Positions 1-13,233 of a stretch of DNA of 64,000 nucleotides are shown here, one piece after another; the stretch's first letter is position 1, and every line of letters begins with the position of its first letter. Below the pieces are notes generated by a model. The model ran no database searches and was not told the DNA's origin. It worked only from the letters and a program-made list of their open reading frames with translations. Source of the DNA: Camelus ferus (taxonomy: Eukaryota); the NCBI RefSeq assembly GCF_009834535.1, contig NC_045696.1, positions 81,346,001 through 81,410,000 of the forward strand, in the 5' to 3' direction. The position numbers and the translations under genes were made by a program.

Positions 1-778
1 CAGAGGCCTTCAGAGGAGCAGGAAAGGCAGGGTGAAGGCAGGTGTGGGTGTTAATGAGCCAGCTCTCAGAAGTGAAGTACAGAGTGTAGAAGTGGAGGCG
101 CCCGCATCACCTCGGGTTACTCTCCTGGGCACAAGCTGAAATTCTCAGACAGGTCCTTGCAGCTGTACTTTGGTGGCATCTCCTTCTGCCTGCCCAGGGC
201 CAGCTGCAGCCTCCATCCTGGCCCCAGCCCAGAGCTGCATGATTTCCTTCAGTCCATAGGGTCTCCCGAGGACCAAGGGCCTCTGCTGTTTGCATCCAAG
301 GCTTACAAATCCCGACTTGTGATCAAACCTCCCTCCCAGCCAGGCAGTGCCCTCTCAGGCTCGGCCCCTTATCCTGCCTTTCCTGCTTTTTTCCTGGCTT
401 GTGGGTTTTTTGTTTTTTTGTTTTTTTTTCCCTTCCAAGAGCACTTCCCAAGGCCCTCACCTCATTGGAGCATCACACCGTAGAAATCTTGACCATTTGC
501 CTTTCCCCTGTCTGGTTAATGGGTTCCTTGCATAGGGACTTGCTACACTTAGTTTCAGGCTAAAGACACTTATCATGTAACCCTAGAAAATCTCCACTGT
601 CATCCCATAAAACATTTAACGCACTGGAGAATGCAGACGTGTGCATGTGTACACAGACACAGACACACCTATGAATTTCCTTTTTCTTCTTTTTTTTTTT
701 TTTCATTTTAACACTAGAACTCTTGGCCCTTGAGCCTAGGCCCTAAATCAGTATAAAGTCTCCAGAGGGTGCATTGCA

Positions 779-804
779 TTGTTTTGTTTTGTTTTGTTTT
801 GTTT
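779..804. repeat. (GTTTT)n microsatellite
   Basis: ttgttttgttttgttttgttttgttt. Confidence 0.9.
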
Positions 805-879
805 AGGTTTTCCTCCCCTCCTACTTGGTATGATTTATTTAAACATTATATTTTTTCCTTCAAGTTGCTAGAATAGCAA

Positions 880-1085
880 TTTCTAACAGTTATGAAGCAT
901 TTAAGCATAGGCGGGTACTCTGTTCAGTACTTCATGTGAATTGTCTCATTTAATCCTCACAATAACCCCCAGTCTAAAAATAAAGCAGCTGAGTCTCAGA
1001 GAGGTTTATAACTTGCTAAAAGTCGCACAGCTTGAGACAAAACCAGTTTCAATCCCATGGGACTGGACGCCAGAGCCCAACCACT
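880..1085 (-). mobile_element. MIR SINE relic
   Basis: tctcatttaatcctcacaataac...ctgagtctcagagaggtttataacttgc, reverse-orientation MIR core; boundaries approximate. Confidence 0.75.
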
Positions 1086-3934
1086 GTCACTGCGTCTGTC
1101 CTGCCTCTCACCTGGTAAACCAGAGTCAGTGTGCTCTTCCCCGGTCTTCACCTGGCCTCTGCTTCTGTGGTCTTTTATGCTGAGAATTTAAGGATTTCTG
1201 AGCAAGGTCAAAGAAGCTGCACCCAGCAGGCGCTCATCTTGGATTCTGGTTCTCAGGCTTCCTGTCAGATCTATCTTGGATATGAGTCAGCATTCAGACT
1301 CAGTGGGGCATGAGTGTCCCGCAGGCTCACCCTCTACATCCCCATGGGCACAGAAAGGGTGCCCGGAGACACCTTGCTCTGGGCACCAATGTGCACCACC
1401 CTGGCTTCTCACCAGAGGCAGGAACACTTGTGGCCACAGGGCATCAAGGGCTTATACCAACTTTATCTTTTGATCCTTTATCTTGCCCCTGTTGCTGAAC
1501 AGAGTAAAAAAATACTAAATACTCAGATGGCTGTACGTTCTGAACCCTACGTAATGACCATCCCAGCCATCATGGACTCCTCTCCCGCCTCCTGCCCTGC
1601 AGGATCCCATCTGCGTCTGCTGCCCTGGCCTGTGGTGACCCCTTGTGTTTCTGGTCCTGAGGAGGAGCCTGGACCACATTGTCACATGAAAGTAATTAAA
1701 GCCCATGATTAGCCTTGCAAATTTTGCTTCACTGTGGATCAGGTGACCTGGTGAAGGCATCCCGGGAAATGCATTCCCATTTCCAAATGAAGACCCCCGT
1801 TTGGTGACACAAGACAGTATGGGTTGCAGCCTTTGACTTCCTCAGGGATCTCACATGTCACCTCCTACCAGAGGTTTCTGAGGAATCCCTGCCTGCCATT
1901 GGCTATTTATAGGTAGCCGTGTGGATCCGGCCAGGTTCTAAATCAGTATCTGTATATTCTTAGAAGCACTTTGTCCACTGAATGGAGTCATTTATCAGCT
2001 TCATGAAAAGGACGTGGTCAGGCCAATTAAGTGGCAGGTACACGACTCTCAGCTTTTGACCAGTGGTAAAGTACAATTTATAACTAAGTTCCAGGAATCT
2101 GATTAAACCCAGCTAAGGTGAAGGAGTCCATCAATAGTGAGAAAAAGTATGTAGAGGGCCTCTTCTGTTTTTGTTCAGTTCAGTACAAATTTCCATCACT
2201 TGACCCAGACAATGCACAACTTGTTTTCCTCTCTATCACAGAGTTAGGGTCCAGGGTCAGGACGTCGAGGTGCTGGGGTGCCTACTCTGCTCATCTTTTC
2301 AGACTCACCTTGGGCAGAAGATATGTGGTGATGCTTGCCCGGGTGCAAGGTCTGGTTTAGTCTGCCTGGTCACCTGGATCCTGTAGTAGGAGAGGTTTCC
2401 TGCCCAGGTGAGGAGATGGGACTTAAATTCCTGTACTGCAAGTTAAAATGCTACTGATATTTGAAATCCTTTTGTTCAGACCCTTTCCTAGACTTTCCAG
2501 GAATGGGAAGGGTATGCTAATATTTGATATTTATAGCATTCATACTGGAAAAAAACCAGCATTGAGCTGTTTCTGGCCCTTGTTGTATCTAGGGCAGCTT
2601 AGGTGGATGGCGGGGGTGAGGAGTGGGCATTACAGACTGCCTTCCAGTATCCAAGTCTTCGTGGAATCTCTTTTTTAACATCTAGTCTACATCTCTTGTG
2701 TTTCACAGTCATTACTCTTCGTTTCTCCCAACCACAGAACTATGATGACACAATAGTTTCGCAGAAAGTATTATTTCACATGACATTTCAATCGAATCGT
2801 TTTCATTTCACTCGAATCGTTTTCATTTCACTTTTGTTTTCTTCAGTCAGTGAGCAGTGTTATAGGATCCTGGAGGCTGGGGAATATAAGAGACCTCAAA
2901 ATTGATCTAAGCCAATTCTTTTCTCAAAGCAGGAATCCCTTTCAAAATGCACCTCAGGGTCATTTAATCTGTTTAGCGTGTAATCTCTGCTTTTACATTT
3001 ACAGGCTTGAGGCAGCCTATTCTATGTTTGAACAATTCCGAGTGTTAGAAAATGTATCCTGTTGTTCATTCAAGTTCTTGTGATATGCCTGCATTAATAC
3101 AGATTATGCCAAATGAAACTAAAATGCCTTCCCCATAAGCCCCAGAAATGTTTAAAGGCAATGGTAGTGTTCTTGCCTAGATGTCACCAGCTCCTGCAAC
3201 CTCTCTATGTGTGATGTAATTTAGCGTCTTCACTACCCTCCCAGATGTGCGGAGTGGCCCTCTCTGTAGACACTGTGTTAATAAACTGGTTTACAGTGGG
3301 CTTGTTTTCACAGGACTCCATGCAAGAGGCTCATGTTAAGTCTTTAGAATGATGGCAGAAGGAATTCGAGAGTTACATCTGCACTTTTACACTAACCTAC
3401 AGAGTCATGGGCACTCGGGATGTCCATCAGGCCATTCGTGCGCCTCTATCTGCTACCCAGGAAAGCCCAGCTAGCCACTGTCACTGGGGAAACTGCAGCT
3501 CAGAGGTGATGGGGAGCTGGTGAAGACTCACAGTGACTAGCATCTAGAGGAGAGGCAGGACCAGAATTCTTCATGAAGCCTTTTTACAACTTTCATTCCC
3601 CTCTCTACATGCAATAAAGACCAGCTTGACACACGAGTATTCAGACAGTGCGTAGGCATGGGGCTGCCTACGGATCCTGAGTTGGCCAGGAAGCTCTGAA
3701 TGGGTAGGTTGGATGGTTTTATCTTTAATAGTGTAAAGTAGCTGTGAAAAGAGAAGAATAAGGCATATCTAACTGGTCTGGTTTCCTCAGGGGTTCTCTG
3801 ATTACTGTTTCTGTGAGGAAAAGACAGGTTGCAAAGGGAAGACAGGGAAAAAATGGCCACTCAAAAAGGCATTAATCTAACATCCTTCACTTTGTGAATG
3901 TAGAGATCTCAACCAACTTCTTTCGAGTCCACAG

Positions 3935-4170
3935 AGGCAGCATGGCATGAGCCAGATGCAGAGTATAGTCCCGGCTTTGCACTTACAATTGAGTTAACGT
4001 GGGCAAGGTATTGGTCTATGTGGGCCTCAGTTTCCTTATCTGTCAAATGGGCATAAGGACAGAAGCACGTGCCTGAGGGCTATAGTGAGAATTGTACGAG
4101 TGAAGGGCTTAGGACAGTGCCTGGCATCAGAGGCGGCACTACACAACCGTTCTCATCACGAATGGTTATT
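3935..4170 (+). mobile_element. MIR SINE relic
   Basis: gggcctcagtttccttatctgtcaaatggg...gtgagaattg...cttaggacagtgcctggcat. Confidence 0.75.
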
Positions 4171-5324
4171 ATTCTTTCCTGTTATCCTGATTACTTTGTT
4201 GTGTAGTGAGTTCAGAGGTGCCAGACTGCTTCACTGTCACTCTCACATGCTTCCTATTAAAATCTGTGCTTGGAATCCCAGTGTTAGCTGCAAGGAATCA
4301 TGCCCTTGCCCTGCGGTGGTTAGTTTGCCGTGGTCTTCTGCAAACTGAAACTTTCACAAGTGGTAAAATGGGCAAATGGAATGCCCAGAAGCTTGACTGC
4401 CTCTCATCACAAACACAGCTCCTGCCCAGCTGATACGGAGCGGTCCTGTTTAAGTGAGGGAGCATATGTGCCATGTGGTGGATTCAAAAGACTGCACTGG
4501 GGCCTTTCATTTTGAGTGTCTTTGACCAGAGAGCCCCTGTGTCAAGGGGATGGTTTGAGGTACTTCCCGAGGGGCCTGACTTGGTCCTGCACCAGCTGCT
4601 GTCCTGTCCTCTGGAGGCTGGCTCTGGTCTTCCACAGTCAGTGGGGTCCCCACTCACCATTTCCAGGAGGTCACTCAGGATGAAAAGAAGCCGAGCTCTC
4701 TAAGAGCAAGCAGAATTCTGCTTCGCTTCACTTCTCCTTCTGGACTGTTACTGGACTTTTGCTTTGCAAGGTAGCACATTACTGCTTAGACTCTTAGAAC
4801 TAACAGACTTGTAAGGTCACCTGCTCTGCCCCCTCATTGAAGGTTTGGGTAAAGGTGACTTATTCAAGGTCAGATAGTCACTCATTCCTTAAACAAATAT
4901 TCATTGAGACTGTGTGGTCTGCAGTGTTTGTGTCAGTGGCAGAGCAGGACTGAAATCTAGTCTAAAACTATTTCTCATCCAGGGTTCTGTCCCCCAAGTC
5001 CTGTGGCCTCATACCTACTGTCTTCCCCCAATGACGCATCACTTTGCAGCTATGGGATGTTAAGTCTCATATCCCATATCCCCTGTGGACATTATCTCTG
5101 AGCCTGTATAATGGGAAACACGATGTATGTAAAAGATAGACCCAGGGCCCAAAACCTTTACCCAAAGGCACCTAGCTTTGTTTTCCCCAAATCTACAAGA
5201 ATGTCATGAGAACCAAACTCAAATTCAACCTGAACATTTGCTAAGTAGCATAAAGCAGCCAAGTATCCTATCTGGATTGGACACATCTCCAGTTGATAGA
5301 ATATGCCGGGTACGAGGGCCTGGG

Positions 5325-5550
5325 AGGCAGTAGGGCATAGAGTGGAAAGGACGTGGAGTCAGACCAACTTGGGCCTGATTCCAAGCTCCTCCATTTTCCA
5401 GCTGTGTGACATGGAACAATATATTTAATTTCTCTGAGCCTCAGTTGGCTTACCTGTAAAACAGGGATCATAGCAATAAAGTCTAGAGTCACACTGTGGG
5501 ATTAAATGAACTGAAGCATGTAAATCACCCAGGCCAGCAAATACTGGCAT
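5325..5550 (+). mobile_element. MIR SINE relic
   Basis: ggagtcagacc...ccagctgtgtgac...tttctctgagcctcagt...cctgtaaaacaggg...gggattaaatga. Confidence 0.75.
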
Positions 5551-6435
5551 GCACAGACAGCACCCAGTGTGGTGATTCGTATTCATGCCATGACTTCCCC
5601 AACTTGTCACGTGGCCATTGACAAGGCATTGAACCTTCCTGAGAAGATGTTTGCCTCACTTACCTAACAGAGCTAATGTGAAGCTCTAACTTGAATAATC
5701 CATGATGAAGTACTTTTTTAGGTGAAAAAAAAAACCCATACATACAGACTATAACCTTGTACTTTTTTCCAAAAGATTCCGTAGCCTTAGAATGACAGGT
5801 GAGCTGCACTTAGCTATATTTGCTCTGGCCCATGGTACAGACTTTTAGATTAAAAAGGAGATTGGGTTAAGTTTCCCTGTAGGTCCCAGCCCATTCCATA
5901 CATGTTCCTGTAGCTCGGTTTACCCAGCTCTCCAGCAAGAGGGCTGGACGCATCAGAGCAGATTGATCCCCATGGCTGAGAAAACGACGTTAACCACATG
6001 CGCAGGTGGCGTACACAGAGGTGGCATCGTCATAAGCTTAAAGAACCAAATTACAAGTCTACAGTTCTCCTTTATCTCCATTTTGATCTTTCCAAGAGAG
6101 ATTTCGAGAGTTTAAAACGTGGAGGGCCAAGATAAGGTTTTCATTGTTTGCCTGTGTATACCCTTCTTTATGACTTTTCTTCATTCCAAAAAGAGGCCTT
6201 AAGGTGGTTTACAAAGATTAATACAGAAGCTAAAAGTAAAATAAATAAGAAAAATAAAATAGAAGGAATTATAAAGTTGAAGGGAAAAGCAAGATGAAGC
6301 TAGGGTCAGGTCAGGGCATTAGAACGGGCCTGTACAGCATGGCATCTGGGTGCCTGAGCTGGGCCCTGTCTGACTCAGAGAGTCCTGGCAGGTCCGGAAA
6401 GAGGCCCACTCCAGCGGGTCAAGATTCATATTGTC

Positions 6436-6500
6436 ATTTGCTGTACATCTGAAACTAACATGGTAAATCAATTACACTTCAATAAAAAAAGATTTTTTTA
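6436..6500 (+). mobile_element. Severely 5'-truncated L1 3' tail with target-site duplication
   Basis: gctgtacatctgaaactaaca...aaatcaattacacttcaataaaaaaa; imperfect TSD aagattcatattgtc (6421) / aagattgtttattgtc (6501). Confidence 0.75.
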
Positions 6501-9500
6501 AAGATTGTTTATTGTCCAGATAAGAGTAAACCCATTGCTCATGCAAGCCTTCCAAGATCATTGACAACCCTCACACTTGCCTAGGAGCGGTTGAATAACA
6601 ACTGAGTGGCTGAGTTACGTTCCTCCACTCTTTCAATAACACCATAAAACCTAATTTATGTTTTAACAGTTCATCAAAATCACCTCTACAGGGCCAGAGT
6701 ACCCTGGTGCAGTTCACACCTTTCTGCCAGTTAAACTTAGTCTGAAAAGAACGTTTAAAGAAACAAAAGGAAAGAAAACCCAACTCCATGAAGATTATTT
6801 CTTACAGCTTAAATAAACTTTGAATGTGTAAGGATTAAAGTAATATGCTCTTGAAGAGCCAAAATTCTGCATAGTCAGTGGGAGATAAAGGTATAACCTT
6901 CGAGGGTCCCCTGAGGAAGGGGACAGGATTATTTCCTCACTTAAACAAACTGACCAGTTCACATCCTTGAAAGTACAGCTGCACAGCCTCCACCTGGAGG
7001 TGGCCTGAGGAGAACATGCATTGGGGAAGATCGAAACTGTCCTAAAAAAATCATTCCTTGGGAACACAAACAGAAGGCAGAGGGACCAAAAGACCCCGGT
7101 GTTCTACTCTGTAGATGAAGGCAATGGTGATTTTAGCCTAGAAAACTTTCAGAGTAGGTATTATCAATCATCCCCCAACCAGGAAAAAAATTAAGACACT
7201 TATAATAACTCACTGAATGTCTAATTTTATGTGATATAACTTTTGGAGATGCCTCCAAGAAGATGTGGATGGAAATGTACTTCTAGGCAGTTCAGTACAT
7301 GGGGGTGGGGGAGGTGATATCTACCAAAAGTTCTAGAGCAGTTGGTTTAAGCTGTTTGTCTTTGACAGGACCATTGTCATATTTATGCATAACTCACTGA
7401 CATTTAGAAATATTATTTGATTCTTCCCTTTTCTACTCCTGCCAGCTTGGACTCTTATTCCCTTACTTTATTTTCCTGCCTTTCTCTAAGATGGAAAATA
7501 GACCCCACGCCAGTGCCAATCATTTTTCTCTTTTTAGAGAAGCACTCCAGGCCTTGCCTATGTGCAGCATAACAAATATTCTGGTCTTGGAAGGCACTGA
7601 AGGGTGAAGGGGTGGTCTGAGGTTCTGCATGTCTTTCTCCTCTTGACACCCAGTCTGCAGTATGAGAGGCAACAGACATCGACGGGATCAGGCCCCTTAT
7701 GAGATGGAGTGGGAGATTACAAGCCAGCGTAGAATGATTGTTCTCTGCCCACAACCTGGATTGCAGACTAGATAAGACATCTCAAATAGCCGTAACATAA
7801 GGCACAGTATAGTATAAACTATTATACTGATAGGAGGGAAAACCGCCCCCTACCCAAATTAAGGTGATTCTGTATTGTCTTCTTTTGCCCCAAGTTTCTT
7901 ATTCAGTTCAAGTCACCAAATCTGTGCACCTGCCAGGTGCCAGGCCCTGCGTGAGGGGCTGGGGGTCCAGTGAGGATCAAACCCAGCCATGCCCTCAGAT
8001 TCCTAGCAAGAGTCATCAGAGCTTTGTAAAGGTGTCTTTTAGAGGCCAGGGACTTGGTCTTTTTCTGATGTGATTTGATATGTCCCCTCAAACAGCCCCC
8101 CATCCAGGAGGGGAGAGAGCAAACATTTTTCCAGGAAAGGAATTAGCATTGAGACACCACAGCTGGAAACTGGCAAGGTGCCATCAGGAGGTTGGGGAAG
8201 TGATTTATTTTTCCAGCCTCACCACAGGAGCCAAAGCCCTGGCAGATGCCTCCATGCCGTAGTTGCAGCTGATCCAAGTGAGATCATTATTAATTATTAG
8301 TCACTTTTGAATGTCTTTCTCAGAAACTCCAGAATACTTGGGAAGCCCAGACCCTCCTGAGTTGCAATCAATAGTGTGTGCACCTTGCACAGGGACCTGA
8401 GTGGCATGTAATTATAAAACGGTATCGATTCCTGGAAAGGGGGTTGAAAATGTACAAATCCTTCACATAAAAATCAGCTAAATCTTTAAAAGCCTTGATT
8501 ATATATTTTTTTCCCTCAAGAAGGAGACTGATGGTGGGAGTAAAAAACTTGGAATGTTAGCTTAATTAGGGCTGTTTCCTTCCAGGAGCCAGATCTGTAC
8601 ACATAATTATTTTATTCTCTGTGCTGGCATTGATTCACTTTGGTTGAGTGTTGGAAATATCTCTGTTTTGGGTCTGTAATCCAAATTACTCAGTCGGTTC
8701 CTATGATGATGTTTTATACTTGCATCTTCCTGTATTATTTTTCTGTAAAACAAATAATCACATGTCTGGAACTTGACTCATCTCTCTCCCCCAGCCTACC
8801 CCTCATTCTCTTCCCCAAACCTGCTTTTCTTCCTCTGTATCATACCATCTTCCATGCTCCTGGCCAGAAACATCACTCACCACTCACCGTCACACACCCC
8901 AGTCACTGAATTCTGCCCATTTTATTTTGGCCTAATTCTCATTTCTACTTCTAAGTTGGTGTCCACTACGGTCCTCTGGAATAACCGGAAATTGGGATAG
9001 TTTGTAGTTTTTCTTCCTTTCGGCTGTGTCTCAGCAGTGATTATGAACATAAGCTGTCTTTGCTTAGCTCATGGGTGCCTGAGTGTTTTCTGCCTGGGCC
9101 CGTAGAATGACCTCACCCTGACCTTCAGCATCTAGGCCTGCCCATCTCGCTGTGGGTAGAAGCCCTCTGGCCATGGCATCTGATGGTCAAAGTCCTCCAG
9201 CGGCTTCTCCTCATCAGATGCGCAAGTATCTGTTGACCTGGAAGTAATAGACATTGAGTCTCGAAAGTTGCAGCTTATCTCCCAAACCTCAGAGGTTGTT
9301 GGAAGACAGCAGATCCCAAGAATCAGGAAGACCTTCTCACTTGTGGGTTTCTCTGGAGCTTTGAGTATCTGTGGTTGGGCTAGCTGAGGCTGTGACAGAG
9401 CTTTTGTACTCAAAAGCTGTTTCCTTGGTTTTTTAGAGCTAACTGATCAGTATGATACAGTCACAGTTCATTTTTATTTTGAATACCTCATGCTTCCTCA

Positions 9501-9679
9501 GCCAGGCAATGAAGTGCTGTTAAGACATTTATGAGGTAATGGACCTTCTGATGAGTCCCCTCCAAACCTCCTGTTTGAGGAAGAAGAAATCCTAATGCCA
9601 GCACACGGCTCTGACACAAAGGGCCTGCAACATTTCTCAAAAGGGGCCCTCCTGGTGTGCAGGACGGGGAAACACTTTG

Positions 9680-9852
9680 CAATGTACAACCATCCTGCAC
9701 ATTGTGGAACGTTTAGCATCCCTGGCCCCTCAGGCTAAGTGCCAGTCATGACCCCCAGTCACTGAGACAACCAGAAAAACTCCCACAGGCCCCCATATAT
9801 GCCAGATGCAGCAGGGATCAGGGAATGGTGCTACCCTACTTGAGAAACACTG
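9680..9852 (-). mobile_element. MER20-like hAT DNA transposon fragment
   Basis: catcctgcacattgtggaacgtttagcatccctggccc...gtgccagt...ttgagaaacactg. Confidence 0.6.
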
Positions 9853-9959
9853 GCTCCTGTCACTGCTTCTAAGATGTTCTCCTTGACTGAGAGGATAACG
9901 AAGGCTGGGCTTAATCATAATGCTCCTGATGCCACCTTATCTCCTCTGTTGATTGAGCT

Positions 9960-10170
9960 CAGGTTGGAGTCACGTTGCCTGGCTTTGAGATCAAGCTCCA
10001 CCACTTACTGAGTTTGACCTTGAATGTGGGCATGATCTTGAACAACTACTTAATCTCTCTGCACCTCCATTTTCTCATTTTAAATGGGGGATAACAGTAA
10101 TACCTACCTGAGAAGATTTTTTGTGAAGGTCAAATAAGATAAGGCATGAGAGGCGTTTACCACGCAGTCC
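9960..10170 (+). mobile_element. MIR SINE relic
   Basis: ttggagtca...ccaccacttact...ttaatctctctgcacctccattttctcattttaaatggggataacagtaatacctacc. Confidence 0.75.
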
Positions 10171-10926
10171 ACTTTCGGAGCTGCAATGACTGCGGAGCTA
10201 CAATGAGATGATGATGGCTCCTGAGCTTAAGGTCTTCCTTGAGTTACAAGTTGAAATCGACACTTTAAAGTGAAGACTCCAGAAAATCAAGAAAGGCAGT
10301 ATAGTGTATCAGAAAGGGGAGTGGACTGGGTGGGAGTCAGTGAGTTCAGTTGCACCCTCAGCCACAATTACCGTATGGCCTTGAATATGTCACTTCACTT
10401 CTCTGGTTTTTGCTTTCTTGATGATACGTGTGCCCTATGTGGTGTAGAAAAGATTGAATGACTTGAACATTGCAAATGTGCTTTAAAGCCTAAAGCTTTA
10501 GGCTTTAAAGCACATTTTGATAATATATAATATTATCAAAATGTGAGTTTTGATAATATATAATAAGTTTGATAATATATAATAAGTAACTTATTATTTG
10601 TCAGTGTTACCTACCCCTGATTAGAAAACCCACATCAGCCAATTGGGAGAACGCACTGAATGGGGACATTTTGGGAGATGTATAAACCTGGGGAGTCTAC
10701 CTGCATGGTAGACAACAGCATGTTCTGCACGACACTGAATTGCTCTCTGTCACCCCCATCCTGGCCAGTGTGTCCCCCAATAGCACAGACAAGGAGCCTT
10801 TGGGCGAGCAGGCAGGCATCCCTCGTGAAGAGCTCACATCCACAGTCCTACAGTCTCCCTGCCAGTTCCCCAACACCGCCCATCAGTGCCCGTTTCCTTC
10901 ATGCTTGTCTGCTTGTCGCCCCACAG

Positions 10927-11037
10927 CAACAGAGGCGGGAGAAGGAGCTGAGGAAGCAGCAGGAGAGGGAGCAGCGTCGGCACTACGAGGAGCAGATGCG
11001 CCGGGAGGAGGAGAGGAGGCGCGCGGAGCACGAGCAG
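10927..11037 (+). CDS. TNIK: TNIK coding exon (~exon 13), coiled-coil region, 111 nt, phase 0/0
   Basis: ccacag|CAACAG...GAGCAG|gtacag; translates QQRREKELRKQQEREQRRHYEEQMRREEERRRAEHEQ, matching the TNIK protein as I recall it. Confidence 0.97.
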
Positions 11038-11877
11038 GTACAGCTGGGGCCAGGGAGCCCCACAGATGGCCCCCGCGTGAACACCAGCACCAGCCTTCTC
11101 TGGGGTGTGGGTCACCTTCTCTGAGGTCTGCTCAGTTTAAGCAGGCTTTTACTCTTTCTCAAGCAACTGTTCCCACCTATTCAAGAAGTCAAATGCACAA
11201 CCTTGGCAGAGCCCACCCGGCCAGCCTGGCTTCCTACCCAGGCCAGAGCCCCCTGACATACCTCGATCTTGTGATTCTCCCAACCCCGGGTGTCTTCTTT
11301 GAAGGTAGCACTGAAGCATGATACATGAGCCAAGTCCTGCTCTTTCATGGCTTTCGAAGAGCTTTCCTACTCCTGCAGCCCTGGGCTCCATGACTTTGAG
11401 CCATCGATGCAGACCCCACTCTCTCTCTGTTAGAATCACATTCTGACAGTGCAATGAAACTGCAGGATGGTTTCGTTACAAAGACAGAGCAGGGTGGCAT
11501 TCAATCATCATTTTATCCCTGCTGCTCGCACAGGAGCCTCTGGACTTTATGGCGTTGTGAATTCCAGGTAGCCTATAAAGAGGAAGCCTGTAATGAAAAG
11601 CCTTAAAATACAGCTGGGTTATCAAAACCAAATAGTAACAGCCACGCGCCGAGCTGCGCAGCTGGAGGGCTTGTGCTTTTGACTGCGTTGAAATGCTTTG
11701 GCTTCGGTGCTGTGTGCCTTTCCTGTAAGAGAGGAGGTGTCTGGGTGTTTTTTTTTCCCCCTTCTTCCTTCCACACTTTCCCTGGCAGCTCTTGTCACCT
11801 TTCAAATTACTGGTTCTTTTTCTCTCTCTCTTTCTCTTGTTGTGTTCCTCTGAATTCTCTGCTGCCTACCTCTGCAG

Positions 11878-11964
11878 GAGTACATCAGGCGACAGTTAGA
11901 GGAGGAGCAGAGACAGTTAGAGATCTTGCAGCAGCAGCTACTGCATGAACAAGCTCTACTTCTG
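11878..11964 (+). CDS. TNIK: TNIK cassette exon (~exon 14), 87 nt / 29 aa, phase 0/0
   Basis: ctgcag|GAGTAC...CTTCTG|gtaatg; [29 protein letters not shown]. Confidence 0.97.
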
Positions 11965-13044
11965 GTAATGGGAAAGCGGAGCCAGCTGACCTGCTCAGGG
12001 TGCATCGCGCGCGTGTGTGGGTGTGGGTGTGTGTTTGTGGGTGTGGGTGTTTTGTCTTCCATGCCAGTCAGGAACAAGGGATCTTCCAAGCCTCATGGAC
12101 CTTGAAAATCTAAAACGTAATACGTTTCCTGACCCATTGTGTTGGGTTTTAACACATTTAATACACTTGTTATGAATTCTTTATTAACTCCATCTATTCG
12201 TGAAGCCTTAACATGAATCCAGCCTTATTATAAGTTCAGACCATTTTTGAGACCCACTGTATTTGTTGCAGAGTAATTTTTAAGGTCATTTGCAACATGC
12301 TGGAATACAATCACAGCAAAGTGCACCTCTTCCATGAGAACCCACTCAGCTCTGTAGTCATATTTCATTTGCAGACTATGAGTTTTACCCTTACGATGGG
12401 AACATTGTGTGTTCCCTGCTCATGCGGCTTCCACTTGAAGTGCTCTTTTATTATTATTGCCCTGCTCTCCAAATGAGCTTCTTGGTGTATCCAGTTTTGT
12501 TTTGTTTTTTTTTAACTGAACTTTTTATTCAGTGGCACTGTGATATTTTTCAGCCTGTACATAAGCTTGCTAATGGCTTTTGTGGGTCCAAGTTTTGTTA
12601 AACAAAAGATGATTTAGGCAATATCTCTAGCTACTTATTTATCTTTGTACTTAATTGTACATGTTTGAATGGTTTAATTACTAAGCCAGGAAGTGGATGT
12701 CTCCTTATAGGAGTTCTGTGCTGACCATCCAAAGGTCCTTATTATTGCCACTTTCTTGGTTGCAATTCATCAGGGGCAAGTCACTTAGCAAAGGGTGGTG
12801 TTCTGTAAGGGTTGCCAGTAGAACTCATGTTTTCATTAAATGTCGCATTCTGTGTAGATGCTACCCTGAGGCTGTAGCGTATCTCTGCGGCACATCCTGA
12901 TATCCTCCTGTGGTTCTGTCGGTATTAAGGCCCTTTGTTATTTATCATCTCTTCTGCTTCCATTGCATGCTTCACTGCTACGGACACATGGTTTCTGTAT
13001 GGTGATTTAGCCTTTTCTTTGCTCCCTTTTCCTGATCTGGACAG

Positions 13045-13233
13045 GAATATAAGCGCAAACAGTTGGAAGAACAGAGACAAGCAGAAAGACTACAGAGACA
13101 GCTCAAGCAAGAGAGAGACTACCTGGTTTCCCTTCAGCATCAGCGGCAGGAGCAGAGGCCCGTGGAGAAGAAGCCCCTGTACCATTACAAAGAAGGGATG
13201 AGTCCTAGTGAGAAACCAGCATGGGCCAAGGAG
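13045..13233 (+). CDS. TNIK: TNIK coding exon (~exon 15), 189 nt, phase 0/0
   Basis: ggacag|GAATAT...AAGGAG|gtaagt; EYKRKQLEEQRQAERLQRQLKQERDYLVSLQHQRQEQRPVEKKPLYHYKEGMSPSEKPAWAKE. Confidence 0.97.

Noticed and set aside
10740..11321. 193-aa ORF overlapping exon 13 in another frame
   Set aside because: Shadow of a GC-rich, purine-rich exon; no independent support
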